A stretch of DNA of 64,000 nucleotides from Octopus sinensis. Lineage: Eukaryota. Shown here piece after piece: positions 50,625 to 64,000 of this stretch (position 1 is its first letter; every line of letters begins with the position of its first letter). A program made the translations under genes and the position numbers. Below the pieces are notes generated by a model. The model worked only from the letters and a program-made list of their open reading frames with translations. It was not told where the DNA came from and searched no databases. The stretch is from NCBI RefSeq assembly GCF_006345805.1, contig NC_043007.1, positions 59,272,001-59,336,000 of the forward strand. The letters are read 5' to 3'.

Positions 50625-53600
50625 AAATTAAAATTTTGGCTGGTATTTGCTGTGTAATGATTGTTGGCTGAAGTGGATAAAATGAATAAAAATGAACCTT
50701 ACGATAGAGAAAATACAGATGAATGGCCGTAAAGATAATCTTGTTTCTATGGACCAGCAGCAGATATTTAGTCAGTTGAATATTTTAACTGGCTCTGGTA
50801 GTAAGAAGGTACCTCAATGCAGCAATTAGCATTCCGCATTCTAAATTCATGATGTCAACTATAACATCCAAATTACCCATTCATGCAGACATCTTTCTAG
50901 TTCATCAGTTATCAATTTGTAGCCACTGTCAAATGGAACTGTATCCTCAAACTAGATATTGAAGAAAAAAAAAAAAGAAAAAGAAGCAGCTCATGAATTG
51001 AACTCTTTCTGCTGGATGTTTTTTTGCATTAAAATTAAGTTTCCTTGAAATCATAGAAAGAAATTTCTAGAATAGAACGAATGAGATATGATTTAGGACA
51101 TATATTTGAGGTTTAAAGGAAATTTAGTTGCTCATTTAATACACACACACACACACATATACATATACACACACTATATTCTTTGGTGTGGTATACTGCC
51201 ACTTCAGTAAGAAGGGTTTTGTGTTGTTACTGCTTTGATAGCAATATGATGCCCATCTCCACAAAACCATTCTGGCTTTAATCTCTACATTGAACAGCAA
51301 TTAAAAAAATATATCTTATAGGCACAGCTGCATCTATTCTAACATTAAAAAAAAAAGGCAGCAAAAATTGAGGGTACTGTTCAGTTTGTACCAAAGCAGT
51401 CAAATTATGAACAATTTTGACAGAAACATGAGGTCTATCAATGGCTAGTTATTGTTTACATACAATCTCATTTCATTCAAAGCATAGAACATTTTTTTAA
51501 ATCTTCAAAAGAAAAAAAAAGAAAATAAAAATTTTAAAAAACCACCTTTAAACAAACAAAAAATATAACAACAAAAAAAATGGTAAAAGATGATTTTTGT
51601 TGTACATTAAATTTCTGTATGATAAATTAAAAAAAAAAAACAATTTGGGTCATGCTTTATACATAGTATGTTGGCCCATAGTAGACTGTACTGTGTAAGT
51701 ATTGTTAATAAAATGTGTTAATTGTGTATTGAAAACCCCATTTCTGGCATTTTTGCCCCAATTTTTCATCCATTATAATAAATTCACTAAAAAAGTTTCC
51801 TTCATCACCATGTACTTATGTAGTTGTTCTGCCACAGTGTGCGAGACTTTTAGGCAGGGTATGCAAGTAAAAATGAGTGGAGTCAGCATTGAGCCGTGGC
51901 TGGACATTCCTTCTGCTTTGGTCTGCTTAATGGACATAAAAAAATTTTTACCAAAAACAAAAAAAAAAACAAGGGTGGGGAAACAAGGATGATAGTAAAA
52001 AAGAGAGAGCCCCCACCCAAGGAAATGTATATATTTTTGATAAAGATTGGGAAAAAAAATAAAAACAAAAAAACAACAAAAGATAGGCTGTCAAGTGAGA
52101 CCAAACATTTAGGTCTTGCTTTTTAGCAAGATATGTCAGGTCTATTAGTAAAAAGGGAATTTTTATCTTGTAATCCTACTGTTGTTAATAAATGCCATGA
52201 TATAAACAAAAAAATAAATTTGACTGAACATCTTTCTGCCTGTCTTTTGTATTCAGTCAAAAGTTCTGGTTGGAGGGCAAATAGTACAACCGGTATAACC
52301 TCATCATCTAATTTTCTATATTCTACATGAGTTATATCCCCACTCAAAACTCATTTGCCTCCTTATTTCTGCAGGGAAATATTTCAGGAAATTTGTTTCG
52401 AATTTATGGCTTTAAATATCTCTTGATTACAATCCAAAACAGTCCTTTTATTTATTGTGTTGGTCCTTGGTTTTCTTTTTTATTAATTATTCTTAAAATC
52501 TGGTATATATGGTAGTAGTTCAAAAAATAATTTGCTTTAGTGTTATCTTATATAGTATGACCAATTTATGCACATTTTGGTTGGTGTCTTGTTAATATTT
52601 TGTTAAGATAATAGAATAACTATAAAAGATGCTATACTTCAGTAGTTGCTTTTTTTTTTTCTGTTAAAATTTCTAGTAACATATTGGGCTTAATTGACTA
52701 TAAATACCTTTCTCCAACAAAGATTGGCTTTATAGTGAAGATATTTATTGCTATAATTATAGAATACATTTAAATTTTATTCTATTTATTGAAATTCCGC
52801 ATTTTATAATTGAGATACATTCATCATTGCAAGGTGAACACTAAATGCTTTATTCTATAGTTCCCTTGTCTAACTCATCTAACAATAACCATGCCTTGGA
52901 TAATCTTCAATGGTTATGGTACCACCTCCATACATGTGTATATGTCTTTTTTTTAGGGGGTAAGGGAATTACTCTATCATCTGTATTTATATTTTCATAA
53001 AAGTCTTATTTGCTTCAGTGGATTTATGTAGAATAATATCTGGTTTTTATAAATATCAAGCTGAAAACCAATATTATTAGTTTTGTTGCTACTTCATTTG
53101 ATAAAGAATGTTGTCATTAGACTCTGCAACATTTAATACAACCGGATTGCTTTCAATGGATGTTATATTTTGCTTGCTTAAATATTTTGTTAGAAAGTAC
53201 ATTACAATTGTATGTCAGATTAAAGTCATTATTTGTATATTGCAATGGTGTGGGCAAAATATATATTTCATAGAGAAATGACCTTAAGTAAATTTAGATG
53301 GTTAAATATTGGAAACAGTTCTGCAAAGGCTTCACAACATCTGAAAGTAACATTAAACTATTTCTGATTAATTTATATAAAATTAAGCTAGTGTTTTCAA
53401 GTATGTGACTATTTATGTGGTGGTGGGAGCGTGAGAATCATAGGAAAATTAAAAAATGAAATTCTCATTGTTATCTTGGATATGTAATTTTCTGTTTTTC
53501 AGCTGAAAAGCAACTTATTATCTTTTGGACATTTGACATATATTGTAACCAAATTTTTGTATTCAGAATTCTAATCTCCGATGTGAATGCATATTTCCTA

Positions 53601-54277
53601 TGTTTTGAAGTAAGTTGCTAATGTAAATAAAAATGTTGCCTTGACTACAGGAGACACCAACCAATAATGGGTTGTCTTTTCAATAGAAAGCTGCTCTTTT
53701 CAACTCTAACTTTATTTTAATGTTATTTATAAAATTGGTTAGAGAGATAATTTTCATTCACACTCACTATTGCTACAAATTGCATAAGCCCTGCTCATAT
53801 TTTCAAGAAGATATGTGGAAAGAGTATATGCAAGTTCTGTGCCATGTACTAAATCAAAGTACTGCCTTCAGTTTTAATGGTGGTCTTAAAGAAGTATGCT
53901 TGGTTAGTTCAGACATGCTTGCATTACATATTAAGTGTGATTTGTAATGTAATTTTCAAATTCTATGGCAAAATATTCAAACTTGGCTCTCATATAAACG
54001 AAACATTGGAAATCAATATTTATTTTCTTTTAGAAATATCAAATTGTTCATTATATGTCATTTAATTAGAAATATAAGTTATTGAAGGCATGAATTTTTG
54101 CCTGTTCACTTTACTCTCCTCATGTGGGCTCAATATATGAATATATATTTAGCTGCTTCTAATTTGAAAACGACTGACTGTTTAGGTTGGTGGCACCTGT
54201 AGTCAAGGCTCAACAGCCGGGTGAAATACAAGAAATTTTGCTTGCTTTTTTTTTTTTTAACTCCCCTTTATATGTTT

Positions 54278-54673
54278 TTATTTTAAATTTTCTAAAATTT
54301 GCTCAACCATATCAAGTAGGTCATCTTTTTTCATAGAGTAATTACTTTCTTTCCAAATACATTTCAATTTGGAAATAATTTTCTGAAAAAGTGATCCTTT
54401 TGGAATATTGCGCGCTAGCAAATCATAGCCAGAAACAGGAAATTTCGGTGGATCCCAATGGTCAAAATTCTTTAATACTTCATGTTTACCATTGTATTTC
54501 AGTAGTTCTTTGATGTAAGATTTGATATTATGTTCTTTTCTGTCCATTAGTAACTGCTGACAATAGCTAATGGTATCATCTGTAGCGTTCAGTTTGTTTC
54601 GTTGCTGGATAATAAATGTCCCTTGTCGGAGCTCATCAGTTGAGATTTTTACACGACTTTGGAAATTCAACAG
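54278..54673 (-). CDS. TRNT1: Last coding exon of CCA tRNA nucleotidyltransferase 1
   Basis: ELLKYNG..W.PPKFPVSGYD...W.ESNYSMKKDDLL matches remembered human TRNT1 C-terminus (ELLKYQG..WSIPPFPVSGHD..WKKSGYQMEKDELL); acceptor ttcattacag|CTG; upstream exons not located. Confidence 0.85.
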   Translation of the reverse strand: MLNFQSRVKISTDELRQGTFIIQQRNKLNATDDTISYCQQLLMDRKEHNIKSYIKELLKYNGKHEVLKNFDHWDPPKFPVSGYDLLARNIPKGSLFQKIISKLKCIWKESNYSMKKDDLLDMVEQILENLK

Positions 54674-55963
54674 CTGTAATGAAATTTGTTCAATTGAAAG
54701 TGAAAGAGATAAATGTAAGAATTTAGATTATTGAAAAGTTTTAATGAAGCAAAGATTTCTCTATAATTATGCCAATGAAACTTCAAATTTTTTCTTATAT
54801 AATGCTAGTATGGCATTCAAACCTGCCATCTGGCCTAAAATTTGTATTAAAAGTTAAATGAAACTAACAACCACTTGACTGTAGGAAGACTAGTAGTAAA
54901 TAATTATGATAAGGTATGAATAAATATATTAACTACAATAAATACTACAGATAACATGCATGCATGGCTGTATGGTTAAGGATCACATGGTTTTCAGTTC
55001 CGCTATACTTTGGACAAGTCTCTACTGCTTCAGCTCCAGGCTAACCATGTGAATTTGGTTGACAGGGCTGGGAAATGTGTTCTTGAGCAGAACGCTTCAT
55101 CTCATGTTGCTCTGCAATCACTTTGATATCCTCAAATGTGGTGCACTGTGCACCTGTTGAGGCAATCTCAATTGATAGGAGTGAGCTTAATGTACAGCAT
55201 GTACATTTGATCACTGTGAACAAATTTGTGCAGGTCGTTCAGCAAAAAACTGAACACTTATGTCATTTTCAACAGAAGATGCCATCATATATGTGTGTAT
55301 TTGTGCTCTAATAAGGTCAAAAACTGAATAGTCTTGTTTTTGTCATTTCTCCAGTTAACAAATTGTCTACTTTGTGTCTTCAAAGATTTGTGAAATAAGA
55401 AATCAATTGCTTGAAAAATAAGGGTGAACAGTTAGAAGGGGCATCTGGTTCTAAAACTGCTTGAATAATATATTGTCTAACCCATGCTAGCATGGATAAA
55501 TAGGTGTGAAATGAACACTCACTGCAGCATTCAAACTGGACTAAATCTGCCATATAGCTTGAAATATAACCATTGCATGAATAAACAATGAGATTCACAA
55601 TCTTTTAATATTTAAACTGACCATATCCAGCGCAAGTTTTTTACAATAGAGATCTCACACGGGCATGCTGATGACAGTCAAATCTAGCCTTCCACACCTA
55701 TCCTACAATGTCATTCTCAAAATAAGCTGTCATATGAAAATCTCTTAGCTACAAGATAATGCATTTTTAACTGAAAACAATGTAAATAAATATTCAAGAG
55801 TCCTGAATGTTAAAGCATTCCCTTATCTGGAGGTTATAAATCTAATGAATCAAAGCTAAGAAAATTGATTTTTATTGTAACGTGCTTTGTCTTAGTGAGG
55901 TGGTGGATGGTGGTGCTTCTATGCCTTGGCAATAATGCTAGAGACTCACAAGAGCTCCCTTAA

Positions 55964-56178
55964 TCCTTTAGCATTCAAACCTGCCATATCTGGCCTAAAT
56001 ATTCTAGTTTTATGTTAAAACTGGTCATATCTGGCCTTTCACACCTATTTTACAATGTCATTCTAAAACTAAGCAATCACATCCTGGAAAGTCTTAGCTA
56101 CAAGATAATGCATGATTAATTCAAAACAATGTGAATAAATAAGCATTACATATGACGAGTAATCTGAATGCTAAAGGG
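55964..56178. mobile_element. piggyBac-like MITE, complete
   Basis: TTAA|TCCTTTAGCATTCA...TGAATGCTAAAGGG|TTAA. Confidence 0.8.
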
Positions 56179-57569
56179 TTAAATTGCATTTAGGCTTTGA
56201 AAGGTAAAATATTTTGTTTTTCCTACATGTATATGAAGTAAAAAGGAGTGCACTAGCTATATCTCACACCTGTGATAAATATAGTTCATTCCATAATCAT
56301 TGATAGGTGTTTGATCAACCCTATTGACTTGAGGGAGAAATGAGAATTGTTTTAAGTAATTTTCTATTGATACTAACAACAAAAACTAGGTCGCAAAATA
56401 GGTTGGCTATCACAACAAAAGAGGAATACATAAAACATTCTGTATTTTACACATACATGTATATTAGCTATCACAGTTATGACTACTCTGGAACACTTCA
56501 CACAGTCACAAACATACTGTAGAGTATTGCTGTTTCTAAAAGTTCTGTTTAAATGGTGTTTCTTTACAATAACAAGAGCCATGTTATGTTGATTATATCT
56601 CATTACAAAGTAAACCCTACATATGTATACCCCACTTAGTCTCACAACTACAGCTTGCTCACCCCAGATCTACCACCAAATTTCTCTAAATCCTTTATCC
56701 TCTCAACTAAAACATGCATCTCATTTTCAAAATTTATTTACTAACCTCTCATTCTGAGACTTACTATTATATTAACATTTGGCAATGCTTATTTTTGCAA
56801 AATAGCATGTGACATTGCATGACGCTTTGATGTGTACTTATTAACTACTGAAACAACAGGCTAGTGTTAAGAGGTTAACAAATCCATGCAAGAGGATGGT
56901 GGAAACAGCAAAAATGTTCTAGAGATAGAAGACATGAAAACAACATTATAAAAAAACTACAAAAGAAAAAACCTCTCCAAAATATAAAACTTTATGTAAT
57001 TTACTGATGTTGTTTAGACCTAGATCAACCATGACTGAGTGGACCAGTATATTTATTGCTCCTATTGTATAGATAGTTGAGTGTAATTTAGGAGAGATGT
57101 AGCTGCTAGTTTTAGCATATTAAATCATCATGAAAGTTCATTGGTTGGCTCAAATTGTATATAGCAGAGATTCTTGAAATGAAGGTGAATTAATATGACT
57201 TATAGTGATACTTTTTTTGTTCATCATATAATTTCAGTTGTATTTAGATAAAATTTTTGTTGCATATGGGTGGTCTGTTAGATATTTTATTGAATCCTGT
57301 TTGTATACATGCATATATCAAAACAGGAAATTGGAAAAAATTTTTGGTATTTATTCGCCTTTTTTTTTTTTCAATCTGTTTTGATATGCAATTACTCTGC
57401 AAAAGATATATTTTGCAGTATCTTTTATGCATACTTCAAACAAAAATAATATCTACATATGACTTAAAAGTACTAGAAAAAGCAAATGTGCTTCAAGAGG
57501 AAACAGCTTGGATTATAACTCTAGCTATATTATACACACACACACATATATTCTTGGTACTTCATCGGT

Positions 57570-57860
57570 TATGATGGTCAGTGTTCCAGTTGATCCAATC
57601 AATGGAACAGCTTGATCATGAAATTAATGTGCAAGTAGCTGAGCACTCTACAGGCATATGTACTCTTAACATAGTTCTTAGGTTTAGTATGACACAAAAT
57701 GTGACATGGCTGACCCTTTGAAATACAGGTCCTATTCATTTTTGTCTGCTTAGTGGGCTGGGAAAATGTGAAATAAAGTGCCTTGCTCAAGGACATGACG
57801 TGAGGCCAGGAATCGAACTCACGACCTTATGATCATAAGCCAAATACCCTAACTACTAAG
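57570..57860 (-). mobile_element. tRNA-derived SINE
   Basis: Plus-strand GTGCCTTGCTCAAGGAC...GGAATCGAACTCACGACC is the reverse complement of a box B/tRNA head. Confidence 0.7.
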
Positions 57861-59159
57861 TCACACACCATATATACATACACATGCATGCACATGATTT
57901 ACTTTTTCAAGCCAGCATATTTTCATGATAATTTTGAGTTGGTTGTTGGGTCATGTCCATAAGTAGCATTTTCTCTTATGTTTGGTATAAAGTTCATGAT
58001 TCCAAACCGTACAAATAGGCTGACGGTAATTCTACTTTGTAAACCTTGTCTTCAATAAAAATTACTGTTCCATAAATGTTGATAGATTTTTCCTAATGCA
58101 AGATTTGCTTCTGCCTGTGTTGACAAGCATTACTATATTTATTGTCAGTTAAGTGAACTGGTTCATTCTCTCGAGATAAAGGTTATAGTTCCTGACTGCT
58201 TCTGGATTCTGGTTAATCTTGTTTTGATTGAATGTTCTTCATATTGGTTTCAAATTTTGGCACAAGGCCAGCAATTTCGGTGGAGGGGGGAGGCATGATA
58301 ATTTGATTAAATCAATCCCAGTGCTCAACTGGTTCTCATTTTATTAACCCTGTAAAGGACAAAAGGCAAAGTCAACTTCAGCTGAATTTGAACTCAGAAT
58401 GGACGAAATACCACTAAGCATTAATAGTTCTGCCAGCTCGCCACCTTGTTTGTGTCTTCATATTGGTATTCAGAAATGCATTTAGAAATAGTGAAACTTG
58501 ATGATCTGTTCACACTTTGCTTGTTTTGAATCATTTTTAATGAATGACAAGGGACTGGGAGATGTAGCAATTTGCTGTACTTGATAAGATGTGTCAAGCT
58601 AAGTAAAATCACTGTCTTCCACACATAGGCTTGTCCTTTCAGGTGCTGGTGCTACATAAAAAGCACCCGGCACTTTGTTAAGCGGTTAGCATTAGGGCAT
58701 CCAGCTATAGAAACCCTTCCACAACAGACCCCTGCTATCTAGCTCCATGTCAAACTGTCCAACCCATGGAAAGAGGATGCTAAACGATGATGGTTTAGTT
58801 CTAGTTTTGTAAAAATCAGTATGGAAACATACTTCTGTATGTAAATATCTACATCTCAGATACTACTTCAAGCATTGCAAAATAAATGTTGGAGTTTGGA
58901 TATAAATGATTTAATTCAGATTTGGCAATAAGTTTTCTTCTGATGATAGGGCACCCATTACATTTTGGTGAATTTTTATAGACATTCAAACATTTTAACT
59001 GTCCATAATTCTTCAGGTTTAATATTGTTAATACACACACACACACACTCTCTCTCTCTCTCTGGCTGGGTAATCATGTACCTTCTCTACAGCAAGACAC
59101 CTGTTTCTGTCTTTCATCATCTGACACAAGATCACCTCCTCCAATGCCCCTTCCCCTCT

Positions 59160-59456
59160 CAAAGATTCCTTGTCTTGTAAGTTACTTGGTAACCCTGCCA
59201 GTGGTGGTGCCATATAAAAAAACACCCATCTGCCCACACTGTAAAGTAGTTGGCATTTGGAAGGGCAAGCTGTAAAAACCATGCCAAAACTGACCTTGCC
59301 TGTGCTGGTGTCACATAAAAAGCATTCAGTTGACTCTGCAAGGCAGTTAGTGTTAAGAGGGGCATCCAGCTGTGAAAACCAGAAGTCTGGTGCAGTCTTT
59401 TGCCTAGACAGCTCCTGTCTACCCCATACCAGCATGGAAATAGGACAAATGATGAT
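59160..59456 (+). mobile_element. SINE-like repeat (AAGGGCATCCAGC family)
   Basis: Family motifs and GAT tail; further copies at ~21345-21582, ~58600-58792, ~62815-62960 and ~63500-63727. Confidence 0.65.
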
Positions 59457-60664
59457 TTGTAAGGTCTACAAATAAATACCCAGTACATTTTCTTAAGAAG
59501 TTGGCTTGATTACAGTAAAATATCTGTAACACCAGTTGTAAGGGTATATTTAGGTACTTAGTGTATTCAGTATGATCACAGCAATGACCAATGAGAGATA
59601 ACGGAGAAGTTTCTTCTGTACTTAATACATACTCTTCAATCAGTCATTTTTAATAACACCAAGATATTAGCATTAATGCACATTGTATTATAGACAAATG
59701 AAAAGTTTCTGACTAGACTATGGATATGTGGTAAGAATTTTGTTTCCCAACCACATAGTTCTGAGATAAGTCCCACTGCATAGCATCTTGGGCTAGTGTC
59801 TTTTACTATAGCCTCAGGCCAACAAGAGCCTTGTGAGTGGATTTGGTAGATGAAAACTGAAAGAAACCTATCTCTCTCTCTCTCACACATATATGAGTCC
59901 CCAACCATTGTTTGACAACCAGTCAACCAGTGTTGGTTTGTTTACGACCCCATAACTTAGTGGTTTTGGTGGCCTCTTTTGAGACCAACAATAAATTCCA
60001 GATTTAAAAATAAAATACTAAGATCAATTTGTTTGACTAGCCCTTTAAAGTTGTGCCCCAGCATAGCCACAGTCCAAGGACTGAAACAACATAAAGATGA
60101 AAAGAAATACATACCCACCCCCATATTTCCAGATCTCAGTACTGGCTATCACAATGCATAGTCATTCACATGGTAGTATAAGTGCTTTTTGCACTTACAC
60201 TCCCATGCTTGTGATTCCACTACAACTCTTAGGTGTCTATAGCTTATATTGGGTACAACATATGGAATTTATACCCACTCCCTTTTTGTATATTGAACGA
60301 TACCATTTCCCTGAAGATACCAGGGTCCTGTCTTCTTTCCCACCTAAATCTTTGATAAGTTTACCTTGAAGCCTCTCAATTCCAGGTTTAGCTTCTATAC
60401 CTGGAATTCCTTCTATTTCCCTATAGAGCAATGAGAAATTGATCATCAGCCGATAGGAATTCCAATAGACTGCCAGTATAAAACTCCTGTGATGGCCTGT
60501 AGGAATATGATGAATAAATGAGAACTGAGGGCTGAGCATTGATAGACTTCTATCCTCATGCTAAATTCACTGAAATCGTTGGCTCTCACTTTACTCACTG
60601 CATCTTTGACTGTAGCTTACACAACCATGAGCCACTTGTCTACACCTAGTTTCCTTACAGACCA

Positions 60665-61050
60665 CTAAATGCAACCAAATGCCTTCTCAAAATCAGTGAG
60701 TGCCTGGAATAGTGGTTTACTTTTAGCCAAGTATTTTTCCTGCAGTTGCCTTCTTAGGAAGATTACATCCATGGTACCTTCCCCAAGCACAAAGCCAAAT
60801 TGCATTTCATCTAGGGCTACTTTGCCATGAATCAATTGTGTTATGACTTTCTCCATGTCCTTCATAACTTGATCCTGTGGTTTGATTTTTCTATAATTGC
60901 TTCTTTCTAAGCCGTCTCCTTTGCTTTTATAGCAGTTTACAATGATACTGCTACACCAGCCATTGGGTAAGATGCCATCTTGTATAACCTGATTATCTAT
61001 CCAGGTGGTCATCATGTATCCTACCTCATCAGATATTTTGAGTTCCATAA
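60665..61050 (-). mobile_element. RTE-clade LINE fragment
   Basis: CYKSKGDGLERSNYR..DEMQFGFV..G..D.IF..RQLQEKYL..DFEKAF. Confidence 0.85.
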
Positions 61051-61569
61051 TAAGTTTCTATGGTCTTTGGTTATTTCTAACTTGCAGAGCTTCCAAATAA
61101 ACATAATGGTCTTGTAATCAGAGTAAATATGGATGTCTTTATCTAAGAAGGACAACAGTATCCATAAGTTTTTTGCAAGACTCTATGGCTGTGTGGTTAA
61201 GAAATCATTCTTATTCCAGCCATGTTATTCCAAGTTCAATCCAGAGGAATGGTACCGTGAACATGTAGCTTCTATCATAACCTTGGGTTGTCCAATAAAT
61301 ATTTTGTGAATGGAATTTGGTAGATGGAAACTGCTGGCGGTTCACTGCTGATGTGCATTTGCAAAGGATGCAAACAATGGCAAATGCTCTTTGTTGTTGT
61401 TGACAATGACGATGATGATGATCATCACTATTATTTAGCTTCTGTTTTTCATGTTGGCATGGGACTGGAACTGACAAGCTGGAGAATTGCACAGGCACCA
61501 GTCTGTTTTTGGCTTGGTTGCTACAGCTGGATGCCTTTCCTAATGCTAACTACTCCATAGAATATAGTG

Positions 61570-61828
61570 CAGTGGATCTTAAACTGGGGGGAGGGGAGTC
61601 ATGGAGGGTTTGGGAGGAAATAATTTATTTCATATATTTGAGGGATTGTATTGCTGTGTCATGTATTGCAGCTGCTAGTGGTGTCATGAATGTATGTGCT
61701 TCACTCTTGCTCTGTGAATCCTGCAGCACTTTGTGTTTCAAGACCATTACAAAATTTATCATAGGGGTCAGAGTAATACGTTGGAGAGCCTCAGGGAGTA
61801 AGATGGTGAAAAAAGTTAAGAACCACTG
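61570..61828. mobile_element. hAT/Charlie-like MITE nested in a SINE
   Basis: TIRs CAGTGG(A/T)TCTTAA; flanks ATATAGTG / ATGCAGTG look like a decayed 8-bp TSD; the SINE resumes in register on both sides. Confidence 0.7.
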
Positions 61829-63720
61829 ATGCAGTGGGTGCCTTTTATGTGCCACTGGCACAAGTGCCTTTTACGTCTCACTGGCACAGACGCCTTTTGT
61901 GTGTCACTGGCACTGGCCATGGCCATGACTACAATTTCACTTGGCAGCAAATTGCGAAAAGTATGTCACTTGTCATTTGCCTCCATAAGACTGAACATCT
62001 GAAGATCATACTGCACCACCTCATCCCATATGAAGTAATCTTTTGTGCTGTTTGTTTTGTACCAAAATACAGACACTCGTCATAAACACAGTAATCTAGT
62101 GATAAGCCTTTTTAGAAAACTAATTGACAACATTATTGTTCACCACTTGCTTTAAAAAATAAAGTATGAGACATAGATTGTTGCAGTGCAGCAAAAAATC
62201 TAGTCAGTCACGTTATAAAGAAGTTCAATAATAAATAAACATTTGTTATACATATTACTACTATTAGCACAACATTAATTACTTCGGCTAAATTCACAAA
62301 GGGAGCTGCATAAGCAGTACATACAACCATTTTAATTAGCAAGGAAGTCTTTACATACTTGTTGAACAGCCAAGAAATTGAAGAAAAATCTTCCTAAAAC
62401 ACCAGCCTACTGTCTTCAAAAATAGTTTATACTAATGTTGAATATAATGTCAGGAAAGCAGACAGTAAAGTCAGAGCTAAAATACTGGTCAAACAATAAA
62501 TTTTCAGTGGAAATATTTCTCTCAGCAAGTGTGAGCACTGTTAAGAGACTGACAGAAGCTAAAACTCCACACAAAGTGGCTTTTAAACCATTACAGAAGG
62601 TAACTAGTGCCTTATAAAGTTTTCACGATACACAAACTCTACTAAACACACACACAATAACATTTACAAATAATCCATAAAACTATGCAAAAAAACAAAA
62701 CAAAACATTGACAGCAACAATGACAATGACAAACCAGGAGGTGCCATTATTGCCTTTATCAATGTCACAGGTCTTTATCAAATACATTTAACATTAAATA
62801 TTTTGCATCATTATGATTTAATATCTCTCCCATGCTGGTAATGGGTTGGATGGTTTGACAGTAACTGGTAAACTAGCGACTGCACCAAGCTCCACTGTCT
62901 GCTTTGGCATGGGTTTTACAGCTGGATGCCTTCTAATGCCAACCACTTTACAGAGAGGGCTAAAGAAATAAATTTCGTGAACAAGGACACAAAAATCTGA
63001 AAATTCTGCAATCCCTCTCTTACTCTTCTTCTTCTTCCACATCATTTCTTTATTTCTCATCTCTCTATAGTTTTATCATACTGCTTCTCCCTACACTCTC
63101 TCTTGTATTGCCACTTAGCACCTCCTCCACCTTGATTCACTCCTCTTTCCTTCACTTTCCCCCAACCCAAACTGATATTCACTACTGACTATACTTCCAC
63201 CTGTGTTCACCATCTACTGCAGTCACCTCTATGCCAGTCTCTAATCATCTGTTACTCCTCTTTCACACTCGTGAACTTACCAACCCTTCCTGTCTCTTTT
63301 CTTTATTATATTTGTACCTTAAAGGTACGCCCCAACACCTCGTAACCACCATATGTTCTCTCTTTCCAGTTCAGGTAGTCTAGTATCATCATTACAAAAA
63401 GACACCTGAAGATCCTGTACCTGTCCCTCGATCATACTTTTGTTTCTTAACACCTGGCACAAAGCCACCTCTCTCAATATTACACCTCCACTAAATCAAG
63501 GAGCCTTGTCTTGTGAGTTACATGGTGACCTTACTAGTGCTGGTGCTACAAAATCGTAAAAGTACCCATTACACTGTGTAAAGTGGCTGGCATTAGAAAG
63601 GGCATCTAGCCATAGAAACCATGCCAAAGAAGTCAGTGGAGTTCAACACAATTCTATGGCTTGCTGTATTCTGTCAAACCATCCAGCATGGAAGATGGAC
63701 ATGGAATGATGATAATGATG

Positions 63721-63765
63721 ATGATGAGGAAGTCTAATAAGGCTGAAACATGTTGTCTTCATCAG
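63721..63765 (+). ncRNA. Hammerhead-like motif truncated at its 5' side by a SINE tail
   Basis: ATGAGGA-AGTC-TAATAA-GGCT-GAAAC-ATGTT-GTC-TTCATCAG; C3 missing. Confidence 0.35.
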
Positions 63766-64000
63766 CTGATAGTATTGAAGATCAGCAGGTCCACTCCAAT
63801 CTCAAAAAATTTAGATCAACTACCCACTTTCTTGGTTTTAGATTTTAAATACCTTTTTAAGGAGTTTTTCATAACTAATTGCTTCCACTCAACTATATAG
63901 TTAATATACATCAACATAATTATATTCCCTTTATACATAGATCACTCTCAGTCTTATTAAATGAGCAGAATATGATCTGCTGAGGAGGTTTAACAGCAAT

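Noticed and set aside
60170-60560. Naiad-type PLE RT relic (minus-strand QSIGIPIG)
   Set aside because: Single short motif followed by stops; no second motif found
54674-64000. Upstream TRNT1 exons
   Set aside because: No minus-strand segment with TRNT1-like translation and splice sites found by eye; small exons may have been missed

Overview
This is eukaryotic, AT-rich, microsatellite- and transposon-dense DNA. Its tRNA-derived SINE families and (TA/CA/TATG)n arrays look like an octopus or other coleoid genome (inference). The main feature is a + strand PPP4R3/SMEK gene (PP4 regulatory subunit 3). I reconstructed 13 phase-compatible GT-AG coding exons from 15718 to the stop at 50624 (729 aa, VQGKDPSV...KRPRLAT*). 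The N-terminal EVH1 exons were not found in the window. A convergent gene ends on the - strand: the last exon of TRNT1 (CCA-adding enzyme), 54673-54278. The rest is decayed mobile elements: Helitrons, two Penelope-like elements, CR1/L2- and RTE-type LINE pieces, two ~94%-identical mariners in inverted orientation, a Tc1, a Chapaev3-like relic, piggyBac-, hAT- and Merlin-like MITEs, and many SINEs. Best leads: (i) an unannotated in-frame 69-nt cassette exon adding a KRKR NLS-like motif to PPP4R3; (ii) inverted mariner copies bracketing a 1068-nt, stop-free, in-frame exon block, the classic circRNA/ADAR geometry; (iii) an (SPx)8 CTD-like tract in the PPP4R3 tail; (iv) hammerhead-ribozyme relics. 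Everything was read by eye and no database searches were run.
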